Source: Bacillota bacterium (GTDB lineage Bacteria; Bacillota; Clostridia; Christensenellales; SZUA-584). From it: a stretch of DNA of 64,000 bases. The notes below the pieces were generated by a model. It saw only the letters and a program-made list of their open reading frames with translations. It was not told the DNA's origin and made no database searches. The translations under genes were made by a program, and so were the position numbers. Below, in pieces: positions 19,358 through 29,008 of the stretch; positions within the stretch are counted from its first letter, which is position 1; every line of letters begins with the position of its first letter. The stretch lies in NCBI GenBank assembly GCA_023416745.1, contig JAEZHF010000051.1, positions 140-64,139 on the forward strand, given 5' to 3'.

Positions 19358-19395
19358 AAGAATTGGGGAGCATTGCTGCTCCCCTTGCAATTCTT
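19358..19395 (-). other. strong stem-loop between pyrP and pyrB without U-tract
   Basis: AAGAATT/AATTCTT outer stem plus GGGGAGCA/TGCTCCCC inner stem with a GCAA loop. Starts at the pyrP stop and ends just before the pyrB SD. Confidence 0.5.
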
Positions 19396-20665
19396 ATTCT
19401 TTTTCCACTTTTACATCAAACTTTTCTGGCAGCACCGCGTTGAGTACGATACCAGCCAAAGCGGCAAGCGCCACGCCGGATATCGTGAAGCTCTCGTTGA
19501 CGGTAATTGTCAGCCCGATACCAACCACCAGCGTGATGGAAAGTATCAGCAGATTTCTGCTCTGAGTGAAATCCACCTTCGCTTCCGCCATAGTCCGGAT
19601 ACCAATCGCAGCGATCATACCGAACAGAACGATGCTCATGCCGCCGATGATCGGTGCGGGAATCGTCTGTAGGAATGCACCGAAATACCCGATTACCGAT
19701 AATACCATTGCGTATATTGCGGCAAGACGAATAATCTGGGGATTGTAATTCTTTGTGACTGCAAGCACGCCGGTATTCTCGCCGTAAGTTGTATTGGCCG
19801 GACCACCGATCAGGCCGGCGAACATCGTGGCCACGCCGTCGCCGATCAGTGTGCGGTGCAGACCCGGGTCTTCAAAGAAGTTCTTGCCCACTACCGAGCC
19901 GTTTGTGGTGATATCGCCAAGATGTTCCATAAAAGTCGCAATGGAAATCGGCGCAATAATCAGTATTGCACTCCAGCTGAACTTAGGTAGATGGAAGTTC
20001 GGCAGCTGAATGATCTGTGCTGCGTCAAAAGGTGCAAAATTCATAAGAGCTGTTGTACCTTCTGGAACAGCAACATTATAATGAAGAATCAATGCCACAA
20101 TGTATCCAACAGCAAGTCCGCATAGTATTGGCAACAGTTTAAAGAAGCCTTTGATAAATATCGCAACGATGATAACCGTCAGCACAACTGAAGCCGCAAC
20201 CACCCATTTTGTCCACAGCAGGCCACCGACAAAATCTGCAGTGATATCATTAAATATCACTGTGGGCGCAAGCGTTAAGCCGATGACAACAATAACCGGG
20301 CCGGTAACAATCGCCGGGAATAGTTTTTTAATGCGATCCGGGCCGATCAACTTTGCCAGCGCCGCAAAAACCAGGTAGCATAAACCAGCGACGATAATGG
20401 CTCCAGTCGCGTATTCTTTGCCTTCACTTTGTACGATATACGTGATTGCTGTCATAAAAGCAAAGCTTGAACCTAAGAAAACCGGCACTTTACGCTTGGT
20501 AATAAAGTGAAATAATAACGTACCGCCACCAGCCGCAAAGAGCGCAACCGCCGGGTCAAGCCCTGTCACCGCCGGAACGACGATGGTTGCACCGAACATT
20601 GCAAACATATGCTGCAAGCCCAGCAAAGCCTTCGTCCCCCATCCACTTCTGACCTTTTCCATCAT
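19394..20665 (-). CDS. pyrP: uracil permease (NCS2 family)
   Basis: About 12-TM xanthine/uracil permease-like sequence located between pyrR and pyrB. Confidence 0.85.
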   Translation of the reverse strand: MMEKVRSGWGTKALLGLQHMFAMFGATIVVPAVTGLDPAVALFAAGGGTLLFHFITKRKVPVFLGSSFAFMTAITYIVQSEGKEYATGAIIVAGLCYLVFAALAKLIGPDRIKKLFPAIVTGPVIVVIGLTLAPTVIFNDITADFVGGLLWTKWVVAASVVLTVIIVAIFIKGFFKLLPILCGLAVGYIVALILHYNVAVPEGTTALMNFAPFDAAQIIQLPNFHLPKFSWSAILIIAPISIATFMEHLGDITTNGSVVGKNFFEDPGLHRTLIGDGVATMFAGLIGGPANTTYGENTGVLAVTKNYNPQIIRLAAIYAMVLSVIGYFGAFLQTIPAPIIGGMSIVLFGMIAAIGIRTMAEAKVDFTQSRNLLILSITLVVGIGLTITVNESFTISGVALAALAGIVLNAVLPEKFDVKVEKE

Positions 20666-20702
20666 ACCCTCCTAAAAAATTATTGATTCCTGCCCTTTAC
20701 AT

Positions 20703-21396
<694 letters not shown>

Positions 21397-21455
21397 TTAA
21401 TTAAGATAGCACAAGCTATTGTGCTTGTCCAGTGCGATTTGACAAATATCTTGCG

Positions 21456-22871
21456 TTATTTATCAATCCCTTTGTCGAGGCTCTTCTGATGGTGGCAAAG
21501 GGCAATATAAGCCTTTTCATCCAAACTATTGATGATCATCTCGAGTTCATTATCGCCGTAGGTGGTTGTTCGGCCCTCGGCAAATTCTCTGTCGACGATG
21601 TCCTTGACAGCCACGACCAGCGGGTCGTTCTTGCTGAGACGATCGTCGCCTTTGAGCTTGAAGTGCGCATTAGCCCAGTGTGCGATGCCTGCAAGGCCGG
21701 AATGCGCACTAATGGCGACATGCACGGGACGGTTCAATATCTTCTCCGTATTAAATATATTGTATATTTCCTCATCCTTCAACAGGCCGTCCGCGTGAAT
21801 GCCCGCACGCGTGGAGTTAAAGTTGCGTCCGACAAACGGCGTGCGCGGCCCGATATCCGTCCCCAGCTCGTTCTCAAAGTATTCTGCCATCTCGGTAATA
21901 ACAGAGAGATCCATGCCGTCTGTAGTGCCTTTAAGACCGCAGTATTCCATCACCATTGCCTCAATGGGGCAGTTGCCGGTACGTTCACCGATGCCCAGTA
22001 TCGAGCAGTTGACAGACGATGCACCATACAACCATGCCGTTGCCGCGTTGGTAACCACTTTGTAAAAGTCATTATGGCCGTGCCATTCCAGCAGCTCCGA
22101 CGGGAAACCCGAGTAGAAGTTGAGGCCATAAACGATACCCTGCACGCTGCGCGGCAGCGACGCGCCGGGATAAGTGATACCGTAACCCAAAGTATCACAC
22201 ATGCGGATCTTGATGGGTATGCCGCTCTCTTTCATCAGCTTCATCAGCTCATCCGCAAACGGAATCACGAAGCCGTAGAAATCGGCACGCGTAATGTCTT
22301 CAAAATGGCAGCGCGGACGGATACCGAAATCCAACGCCATTTTAACAACGTCCAGATACTGATCCATCGCCTGGCGCCGTGTCATGTTCATCTTCTTGAA
22401 TATGTGGTAGTCCGAACAGCTGACCAATATGCCCGTTTCCTTGATGCCAAAAGCCTTCACCAGCTCAAAATCCTTCTTGCTGGCACGAATCCACGTGGTC
22501 ACCTCGGGAAAATCGTAACCGAGATCCAAACAGGCCTGTATCGCCTCTTTATCCTTTTGTGTATAGACAAAGAACTCGCTCTGACGGATTATTCCTTTAG
22601 GACCACCCAGCCGGTGCTCCATCTTATACAGATCCACCACCTGCTGTACTGTGAACGGCGTTCTGGACTGCTGGCCGTCACGGAAGGTCGTGTCAGTGAT
22701 CCAGATTTCTTCCGGCATGTTCATCGGAACAACGCGGTGGTTGAAGGTAATTTTTGGCACAGAGTCATAATCGAACATGTCTCTGAACAGCTGCGGCTCC
22801 TCCACATCCTGAAATGAGAAATGATAATCATTCTCATGCAATAAATTCCATTTCTTATTTAACTCAGTCAT
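21456..22871 (-). CDS. HMGL-like / isopropylmalate-homocitrate synthase family enzyme, possibly Re-citrate synthase
   Basis: ITDTTFRDGQQ pyruvate-carboxyltransferase-type TIM barrel, about 470 aa. Start at the ATG 6 nt after GGGAGGG. The Re-citrate synthase call is an inference from family and clostridial context. Confidence 0.6.
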   Translation of the reverse strand: MTELNKKWNLLHENDYHFSFQDVEEPQLFRDMFDYDSVPKITFNHRVVPMNMPEEIWITDTTFRDGQQSRTPFTVQQVVDLYKMEHRLGGPKGIIRQSEFFVYTQKDKEAIQACLDLGYDFPEVTTWIRASKKDFELVKAFGIKETGILVSCSDYHIFKKMNMTRRQAMDQYLDVVKMALDFGIRPRCHFEDITRADFYGFVIPFADELMKLMKESGIPIKIRMCDTLGYGITYPGASLPRSVQGIVYGLNFYSGFPSELLEWHGHNDFYKVVTNAATAWLYGASSVNCSILGIGERTGNCPIEAMVMEYCGLKGTTDGMDLSVITEMAEYFENELGTDIGPRTPFVGRNFNSTRAGIHADGLLKDEEIYNIFNTEKILNRPVHVAISAHSGLAGIAHWANAHFKLKGDDRLSKNDPLVVAVKDIVDREFAEGRTTTYGDNELEMIINSLDEKAYIALCHHQKSLDKGIDK

Positions 22872-22883
22872 CAATAGCCCTCC

Positions 22884-24068
22884 CTATTTCAGCGCCTGCA
22901 CGAATTCTCTGATGCGTGCGAGGCCTTTCTCGATGTTCTCGTCTTTGACAGCATAGCTCAACCGGACGTAGTCGTCCGCACCGAATGCTGCTCCCGGGAC
23001 CACAGCGGTCAAAGTATGCTTCAGCAGCGCTTCGGAAAACTCCAGCGAACTGTTAATCGGCACGCCGTCGTAAGCCTTCCCCTTGATACCCGAAATGTTC
23101 ATCATCACATAGAACGCGCCTCCGGGGATCTCACACGAAAGTCCGTCAATATCGTTGATCAGGCCGCAGAGTAATTTGCGACGTCTGTCAAAAGCCTTCT
23201 TCATGCTCGCGACAGCGTCCTGCGGGCCGCTGAGCGCCTCGATGCTGGCATACTGAGCTATGGAGTTCGGGTTGGACGCCGCGTGCGATTGATAAGCGTC
23301 CATCACTTTGGCAAGCTGTCGCGTACTGGCCGTATAACCAATGCGCCATCCTGTCATCGCATACGTCTTGGACATGCCATTAACGATGATGGTATTATCC
23401 TTGATAGCAGGGCCGAGAGATGCGACGCTCACATGCTCGCCCTCGTAGATGAGCTCGTCGTAGATTTCGTCCGATACAATGAAAATATCTGCGTCCAGTG
23501 CGACCGCGGCGATCTCCTCAAGCTCCTTGCGGGTATAGACTGTGCCGCACGGATTAGACGGTGTGTTGAGTATCAGCGCTTTGGTTTTGGATGTTAGCGC
23601 GCCGCGGATATCGTCTGCCGTCGCTTTGAGCGACGGGTCCGTCTGCACGAACACGGGAACGCCATCTGACATTCGCACCAGTTCAGGGTACGTCACCCAA
23701 TATGGCACGGGAATGATTACCTCGTCACCAGGGTTGAGTATGGCTGCGAATATATTAAAAAGCGAATGCTTCGCGCCGTTGGATACAACAATATCGTCCG
23801 CCTCATAAAGCAGACTGTATTTGCTTTGCAGGTGTGCAGCGATTGCGCTTTTCAGCTCCGGCATGCCCGCGGCGGGTGTGTACCGTGTCAATCCCATATC
23901 CAGCGCCTTTTTTGCTGCTTCTTTAATGTTGTCGGGAGTATCAAAATCCGGCTCACCGGCACCGAATCCGATCACGTCACGGCCCTCTTTTTTGAGTTTC
24001 TTCGCCATGGCGTCAATGCTTAGTGTCATAGAAGGCGTAATGCCCAGCGCCTTATTCGATAATTCCAT
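22884..24068 (-). CDS. class I PLP-dependent aminotransferase (aspartate aminotransferase-like)
   Basis: The NGMSKTYAMTGWR PLP-lysine region is typical of AspAT Ib. Start trimmed to MELSNK behind GGAGG. Confidence 0.85.
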   Translation of the reverse strand: MELSNKALGITPSMTLSIDAMAKKLKKEGRDVIGFGAGEPDFDTPDNIKEAAKKALDMGLTRYTPAAGMPELKSAIAAHLQSKYSLLYEADDIVVSNGAKHSLFNIFAAILNPGDEVIIPVPYWVTYPELVRMSDGVPVFVQTDPSLKATADDIRGALTSKTKALILNTPSNPCGTVYTRKELEEIAAVALDADIFIVSDEIYDELIYEGEHVSVASLGPAIKDNTIIVNGMSKTYAMTGWRIGYTASTRQLAKVMDAYQSHAASNPNSIAQYASIEALSGPQDAVASMKKAFDRRRKLLCGLINDIDGLSCEIPGGAFYVMMNISGIKGKAYDGVPINSSLEFSEALLKHTLTAVVPGAAFGADDYVRLSYAVKDENIEKGLARIREFVQALK

Positions 24069-24280
24069 CTCAGGCCTCCGTTGGTCAAAGATATTATGCA
24101 TTATAAGTTTTCAAAAACTTCATTGTGAGGATATGTTAACACATTATATGATACATTTCAACTGTCTATCCTTATTATTTTGCATGTTACCAAAAAAAAT
24201 ATTGCATTCTAATCATTTAACCCTCCCTTTTCACATCTTCTACATGTTTTCAATATATTGATACCAAAGAGGTGGATCAT

Positions 24281-24538
24281 ATGAAAAATCTAATTGTACT
24301 TTACGGAGATAACTGTGCATACTGTAAGAAGGCGAAAATGCTGATTGGCCGGGCTCTTGAAAAAGACCCCAGATACTCTTCTATTATTATTAAATATATA
24401 AAGGACGACAGTGCAGAAGGCAAATATCTGGCACACAAATATATACCTGCATTTTATATTGAAGGTAAGCGGTTTTTTGAAGGAAATCCTGATATGGACG
24501 ACATAAAGCGGATGCTCTCAGTATGTCTGGCAGAGTAA
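24281..24538 (+). CDS. small glutaredoxin/thioredoxin-fold protein
   Basis: 85 aa with a CAYC redox motif after a beta-strand (LIVLYGDN) and a cis-Pro region (YIPAFYIEG). ATG lies 5 nt after AAAGAGGTGG. Confidence 0.55.
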   Translation: MKNLIVLYGDNCAYCKKAKMLIGRALEKDPRYSSIIIKYIKDDSAEGKYLAHKYIPAFYIEGKRFFEGNPDMDDIKRMLSVCLAE

Positions 24539-24701
24539 CAAATAGAACCTTTCAATAGGAAGCCATATTGAAATGCTGGATAATTACTTGACTGTCCCAG
24601 ACATTTTCAAATATATGTTACGAAAATAATAAATAGCGGTGTTATTGCTTGATTATTGGCAATATTCATAATAAAATGACCAAAAAGAGGAGGACAAGCT
24701 T

Positions 24702-25565
24702 ATGCAGAATTTTGTTATCGGAGCATGTTCCACATGTGATTTGCCGTTGGATTACGTTCAGAAAAACGAGATCGAAATCGTTAAGTTATCCTATATGCTT
24801 GACCACAAGGAATATAAAGATGGCGATATGGATGCAAAAGTCTTCTTTAACTTGGAGCGAGAAGGCTATATGCCAACCACATCGCAAGTGACTCCGGAAG
24901 AATACCTCCAGGTTTTTGACAGAATTCTATCATCAGATCAGGACCTCCTTTACATCGCATTCTCGTCCGGTCTCTCTGGCAGCTGCAACAGCGCGAAGAT
25001 AGCGGCTGAGGAAATGCGGGCCAAATACCCCGGTCGCAAGCTCTACGTTGTGGATTCGCTCTGCGCGTCGCTAGGTCAGGGGTTGCTGGTGGATTACGCC
25101 GTCAAAATGCGCGCGGCCGGAAAGTCTATAGATGATACTTACAAATGGGTGGAAGCTAACAAGCTGGGCCTCAACCACTGGTTCACTGTGGACAGTCTGA
25201 ACCATCTGAAACGCGGTGGCCGCGTGACCGGCGCTGCGGCTTTCGTCGGCAATCTGCTGCACATCAAGCCCGTGCTTAATGTTGACTACGAAGGACATCT
25301 TATTCCTCGGGAAAAGGAGCAGGGCCGTAAAAAGGCTCTCCGCTGCCTCGTTGATAAGATGAGCGAATATATATATAAACCCGAGGGTCAAACCGTATTC
25401 ATCAGCCATGGCGATGACATTGAGGCTGCCGAGAAGGTGGCTGCTATGGTTAAGGAACGCTTCCCGGAGATCGGCGAAGTGATGGTCAGCATGCTCGGTA
25501 CCGTGATCGGTGCGCATTCCGGCCCTGGCACCATCGCGCTGTTCTTTATGGGAAAAACCCGCTGA
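24702..25565 (+). CDS. DegV family fatty-acid-binding protein
   Basis: 287 aa. A DegV-like N-terminus (CSTCDLP...TSQVTPEEY) and typical length. AGGAGG SD. Confidence 0.8.
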   Translation: MQNFVIGACSTCDLPLDYVQKNEIEIVKLSYMLDHKEYKDGDMDAKVFFNLEREGYMPTTSQVTPEEYLQVFDRILSSDQDLLYIAFSSGLSGSCNSAKIAAEEMRAKYPGRKLYVVDSLCASLGQGLLVDYAVKMRAAGKSIDDTYKWVEANKLGLNHWFTVDSLNHLKRGGRVTGAAAFVGNLLHIKPVLNVDYEGHLIPREKEQGRKKALRCLVDKMSEYIYKPEGQTVFISHGDDIEAAEKVAAMVKERFPEIGEVMVSMLGTVIGAHSGPGTIALFFMGKTR

Positions 25566-25580
25566 CAATTTGTGCACCCT

Positions 25581-25606
25581 GCCCTGCCTTGCGGCGGGGC
25601 TTTTTT
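25581..25606 (+). terminator. intrinsic terminator after degV
   Basis: GCCCTGCC-TTGC-GGCGGGGC followed by TTTTTT. Confidence 0.8.
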
Positions 25607-25664
25607 CATATTCGTTCAACTTGTCTCATATAAATATGTATATTATTTTTACGGAGGAATTCTG

Positions 25665-26558
25665 ATGAGATACGGACGAATGATGTCGAAACCGCCGCAG
25701 AAACATCGAAGATTTAGCAGCCTGATCATTGTCGCCGTCATACTTGGCATCACCGCCTACTTCGTGGGTGCGGGAGCTGCGGGCGGTTGGCTGGCTGAAA
25801 ACGTGATCAATCCTGTTTTTAATAGTGGAACAGGCAAGGCGGAAGAGCCCTCTCCTTCAATGACCACGGCTGTATCCCCTGCCTCTACCGTGGAAACTTC
25901 CAATCTGACGGAAACACCCGCCAGTGCCCAGACTGAGGAGCAGATTACCGCACAGAGCATCACGCTCTACACACTGCAGGTTGGTGCCTTTTCCGATGAG
26001 GCCAATGCCCAGCAGGCGGCTAAAGAGGTTATCGGTCGGGGCGGTGCTGGTTTTGTTGCGTACGACGGCAGTCTTTACCGTGTGCTGGTAGCCGGATACA
26101 CATCTGAAAACGATGCCAAGTCCGTGAAAGCTGATCTTGAATCACAAGGCATTTCGACAACTGTGTTCAAATTAGAATCGGGCGCACTTGAATTTAAAAT
26201 CGGTGCAGAAAAACAGCAAATCGATGCAATCAAGGGCTGCTTTGACGTGGTGCCAGCCACGGTATCCGAACTTCAGCAGATCATCTACGCGTCTGATAAG
26301 GGAGAAAAGGTAGATGATCGGGTGACCGCGCTGAAAGCCGGAGCAGCAGAAGTCACCACAAGCCTCAAAGCCATCGTCTCTACGGAATCAGAAGCGATGT
26401 CCAATCTAGTCGCATTTATGGACAGCTTTTGTGAATTGCTTGGCAGCATACACAAATCCTCCGATGTATCAAGTGTGGCTTTTTCTGCAGAATTGAAGTA
26501 TAATCTAATTAGTGTGGTCGTGGATTACTCCACATTTTTTAAAGAATTAAGCAGTTGA
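25665..26558 (+). CDS. membrane-anchored SPOR-domain protein
   Basis: Start at MRYGRMM behind GGAGG. One TM segment and a SPOR-like repeat (YTLQVGAFSDEANAQQAA...YRVLVAGYTSENDAKSVKADL). Confidence 0.65.
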   Translation: MRYGRMMSKPPQKHRRFSSLIIVAVILGITAYFVGAGAAGGWLAENVINPVFNSGTGKAEEPSPSMTTAVSPASTVETSNLTETPASAQTEEQITAQSITLYTLQVGAFSDEANAQQAAKEVIGRGGAGFVAYDGSLYRVLVAGYTSENDAKSVKADLESQGISTTVFKLESGALEFKIGAEKQQIDAIKGCFDVVPATVSELQQIIYASDKGEKVDDRVTALKAGAAEVTTSLKAIVSTESEAMSNLVAFMDSFCELLGSIHKSSDVSSVAFSAELKYNLISVVVDYSTFFKELSS

Positions 26559-26573
26559 TATTCGGAGGTTACA

Positions 26574-26921
26574 ATGACAATAGCTCAGGCTGCAGCTATC
26601 CTGGACTGCCAGGTGGTTTGCGGCAACGAAAATTTGGACAAGACCCTTTCATCCGGTTGCGGCGCGGATCTGATGAGCGACGTGCTTGCATTCGCAAAGG
26701 ACAATTGCATTTTGCTGACTGGTATGGTCAATCCGCATGTTGTGCGCACAGCCGAAATGCTCGATGTTCCCTGTATCGTTTTTGTCCGTGGAAAAAAACC
26801 GGCGAACGACGTCGTTGAACTGGCAATGCAGACAGGCGCAACGCTGCTGACCTGCGACTGCACGCTCTACGAGGCCTGCGGACGTCTGTATTCACAGGGC
26901 TTGCCGCCTTGCGGCCGGTAA
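26574..26921 (+). CDS. DRTGG-like single-domain protein (paralogue 1)
   Basis: 115 aa with a GGAGG SD. Aligns colinearly with the 28667..29008 product. The DRTGG assignment comes from sequence recollection. Confidence 0.55.
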   Translation: MTIAQAAAILDCQVVCGNENLDKTLSSGCGADLMSDVLAFAKDNCILLTGMVNPHVVRTAEMLDVPCIVFVRGKKPANDVVELAMQTGATLLTCDCTLYEACGRLYSQGLPPCGR

Positions 26922-26927
26922 TCGCTT

Positions 26928-27347
26928 ATGTCAGACGGCTTTAAAGAGACCTTTGCAATTACAGCACAGGATTTTGCTTCAGCCGGGGAAGCATCAGCCA
27001 AAATCAAAAGTGTTTTACGTATGATAGGTATCGATCCCGCGTTAACGCGACGCGTGACCATTGCCGCCTATGAAGCGGAACTGAATATGATTATCCACAG
27101 CTTTGGCGGTGAGATGACGGTGGAAATCGATACCGGATCCATTCACCTTAATTGTGTGGACACCGGGCCAGGTATTGCCGATATCGGTCTCGCAATGCAG
27201 GAAGGATTTTCCACTGCATCTTCCGATGTCAGAATGATGGGCTTCGGTGCTGGTATGGGCCTCCCCAACATCAAAAAGAACAGCGACAATATGGATATCC
27301 GATCCGATTCCGGCGGGACAAGTTTAAGTTTGCGATTTGACATTTAG
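26928..27347 (+). CDS. stand-alone GHKL ATPase, RsbW/SpoIIAB-like serine kinase / anti-sigma-type
   Basis: 139 aa with an N box (EAELNMIIH), G1 (DTGPGI) and G2 (GFGAGMG). Confidence 0.65.
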   Translation: MSDGFKETFAITAQDFASAGEASAKIKSVLRMIGIDPALTRRVTIAAYEAELNMIIHSFGGEMTVEIDTGSIHLNCVDTGPGIADIGLAMQEGFSTASSDVRMMGFGAGMGLPNIKKNSDNMDIRSDSGGTSLSLRFDI

Positions 27348-27359
27348 CAGAGGGATAAC

Positions 27360-28670
27360 ATGAACACTTATTTCCATTCCGTGCGGCTCGACCGTGACAA
27401 GTGCAAAGGCTGCACCAACTGCATCAAGCACTGCCCCACCGAGGCCATCCGTGTACGCGGCGGTAAGGCGCAGATTATCGCTGAGCGCTGTATAGATTGC
27501 GGCGAATGCATCCGTGTCTGTCCGTATCACGCCAAAATTGCGTACACTGATCCGTTTTCCGATATCGGTCGGTTTAAGTACAAAATCGCGCTGCCCGCGC
27601 CATCGCTGTACGGACAGTTCAAGAACCTGTCCAGCATTGACCGCGTGGTGATGGGACTTAAGCTGATGGGCTTCGACGATGTGTACGAGGTGGCTCGCGG
27701 CGCCGACATCATCAGCTGCGCCATTCGCCAGCACATTGAAGGCAAGGAAAACCTCCCTGTCATATCTTCCGCGTGTCCCGCTATCGTCCGGCTGATACAG
27801 GTGCGTTTCCCCAATCTTATCGACAACATCATTGATCTTCAGTCTCCGATGGAGATGGCTGCTATAGCTGCCAAGCGCGAATATGCCGAGAAGCACGGTG
27901 TTAGTATTAATGAAATCGGGGTTTTCTTTATCACTCCCTGTCCAGCCAAGATGACGAGCATTAAGAATCCTTACGGCATAGAAAAAAGCAATGTAAACGG
28001 TGCTTTTTCCGTTATCGACATCTACGGGCTGCTCGCCGGACAGCTTAAAAAACCGGGGCTTGTCGTCACCGAAGGCGCAACGGCTTCCGTTTTTGGCGTA
28101 GGCTGGGCCAACTCAGGTGGTGAGGCCGCTGCAGCGGGCCTACAAAACTCTTTAGCTGTGGACGGTATCAGCAACGTGATCAAAGTGCTGGAAGAAATCG
28201 AGAACATGAAACTCAACGATCTGCAGTTTTTTGAGGGGCTGGCGTGCCCGGGCGGCTGTGTAGGTGGGCCTCTTACGTTTGAAAATCCGTTCGTCGCGCG
28301 TTCGCGTATACGAACGCTGTCCTCCAAGATCAAGAATCAAAAACCGTCCTGCGAATATGCCCAAGGCTACATCGATGACGGCTCCGTACTGTTCAGCCAG
28401 CCCATTGAGTCCCGCCCTGTTATGAAGATTGACGTAGACATGCTGACGGCTATGCGCAAGCTGGAACAGATAGAAGAGATAGCTGCCCGTCTGCCGGGGT
28501 TGGACTGCGGGTCATGCGGCAGTCCCTCCTGCCATGCCATGGCCGAGGATATCGTCCGCGGGGATGCCAAGGAAATGGACTGCATATTCAAGCTGCGCGA
28601 TAAAGTGACCAGCCTTGCTGAACAGATGGTGGAGCTGACAGGCCGTGATAAGAAGGAGCCGACAAGATGA
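27360..28670 (+). CDS. HydS-like putative sensory [FeFe]-hydrogenase
   Basis: Two N-terminal CxxCxxCxxxCP ferredoxin motifs. The H-domain has variant motifs SSACP / TPCPAKMTS / EGLACPGGCVGGP. The C-terminus carries Cx2Cx4Cx16C. Confidence 0.75.
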   Translation: MNTYFHSVRLDRDKCKGCTNCIKHCPTEAIRVRGGKAQIIAERCIDCGECIRVCPYHAKIAYTDPFSDIGRFKYKIALPAPSLYGQFKNLSSIDRVVMGLKLMGFDDVYEVARGADIISCAIRQHIEGKENLPVISSACPAIVRLIQVRFPNLIDNIIDLQSPMEMAAIAAKREYAEKHGVSINEIGVFFITPCPAKMTSIKNPYGIEKSNVNGAFSVIDIYGLLAGQLKKPGLVVTEGATASVFGVGWANSGGEAAAAGLQNSLAVDGISNVIKVLEEIENMKLNDLQFFEGLACPGGCVGGPLTFENPFVARSRIRTLSSKIKNQKPSCEYAQGYIDDGSVLFSQPIESRPVMKIDVDMLTAMRKLEQIEEIAARLPGLDCGSCGSPSCHAMAEDIVRGDAKEMDCIFKLRDKVTSLAEQMVELTGRDKKEPTR

Positions 28671-29008
28671 CGATACAGCAACTGATCGAAAAAACCGGCT
28701 GGAAGGCGCTAACCGCTGTGCAGGATGCGGAAATAACGTCGGGCTATGTGTGCGACATGCTGAGTTGGGTGATGGCGCGTGCGCAATTTGGCACCGTCTG
28801 GATCACCGTGCAGGCACACGTGAATGTAGTGGCGGTTGCCGCACTGACAGGATGCGCATGCGTGGTGATCTCCGACAACATTGCGGTATCCGAGGAAACG
28901 CATTTCGCGGCTCGCGACAAGGATGTGTGCATCATCAGCGCTCCTTGCACGTCGTACGGCGCGGCGGTGGCGCTGCACGAACTAGGCGTTGGTGAAGTCG
29001 CGCGATGA
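28667..29008 (+). CDS. DRTGG-like single-domain protein (paralogue 2)
   Basis: 113 aa. ATGA overlap with the upstream gene and an AAGGAG SD. Colinear with the 26574..26921 product. Confidence 0.5.
   Translation: MTIQQLIEKTGWKALTAVQDAEITSGYVCDMLSWVMARAQFGTVWITVQAHVNVVAVAALTGCACVVISDNIAVSEETHFAARDKDVCIISAPCTSYGAAVALHELGVGEVAR

Noticed and set aside
21432-22817. 461-aa ORF on the plus strand.
   Set aside because: It lies exactly antisense to the well-supported IPMS-family synthase gene. The composition is R/H/L-rich, typical of the reverse frame of GC-rich coding DNA. It has no SD and no recognisable motif.
24102-24701. AT-rich stretch that might mark a horizontally acquired islet.
   Set aside because: It consists of ordinary divergent and tandem intergenic regions around one small thioredoxin-fold gene. 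There are no integrase genes, direct repeats or tRNA flanks.
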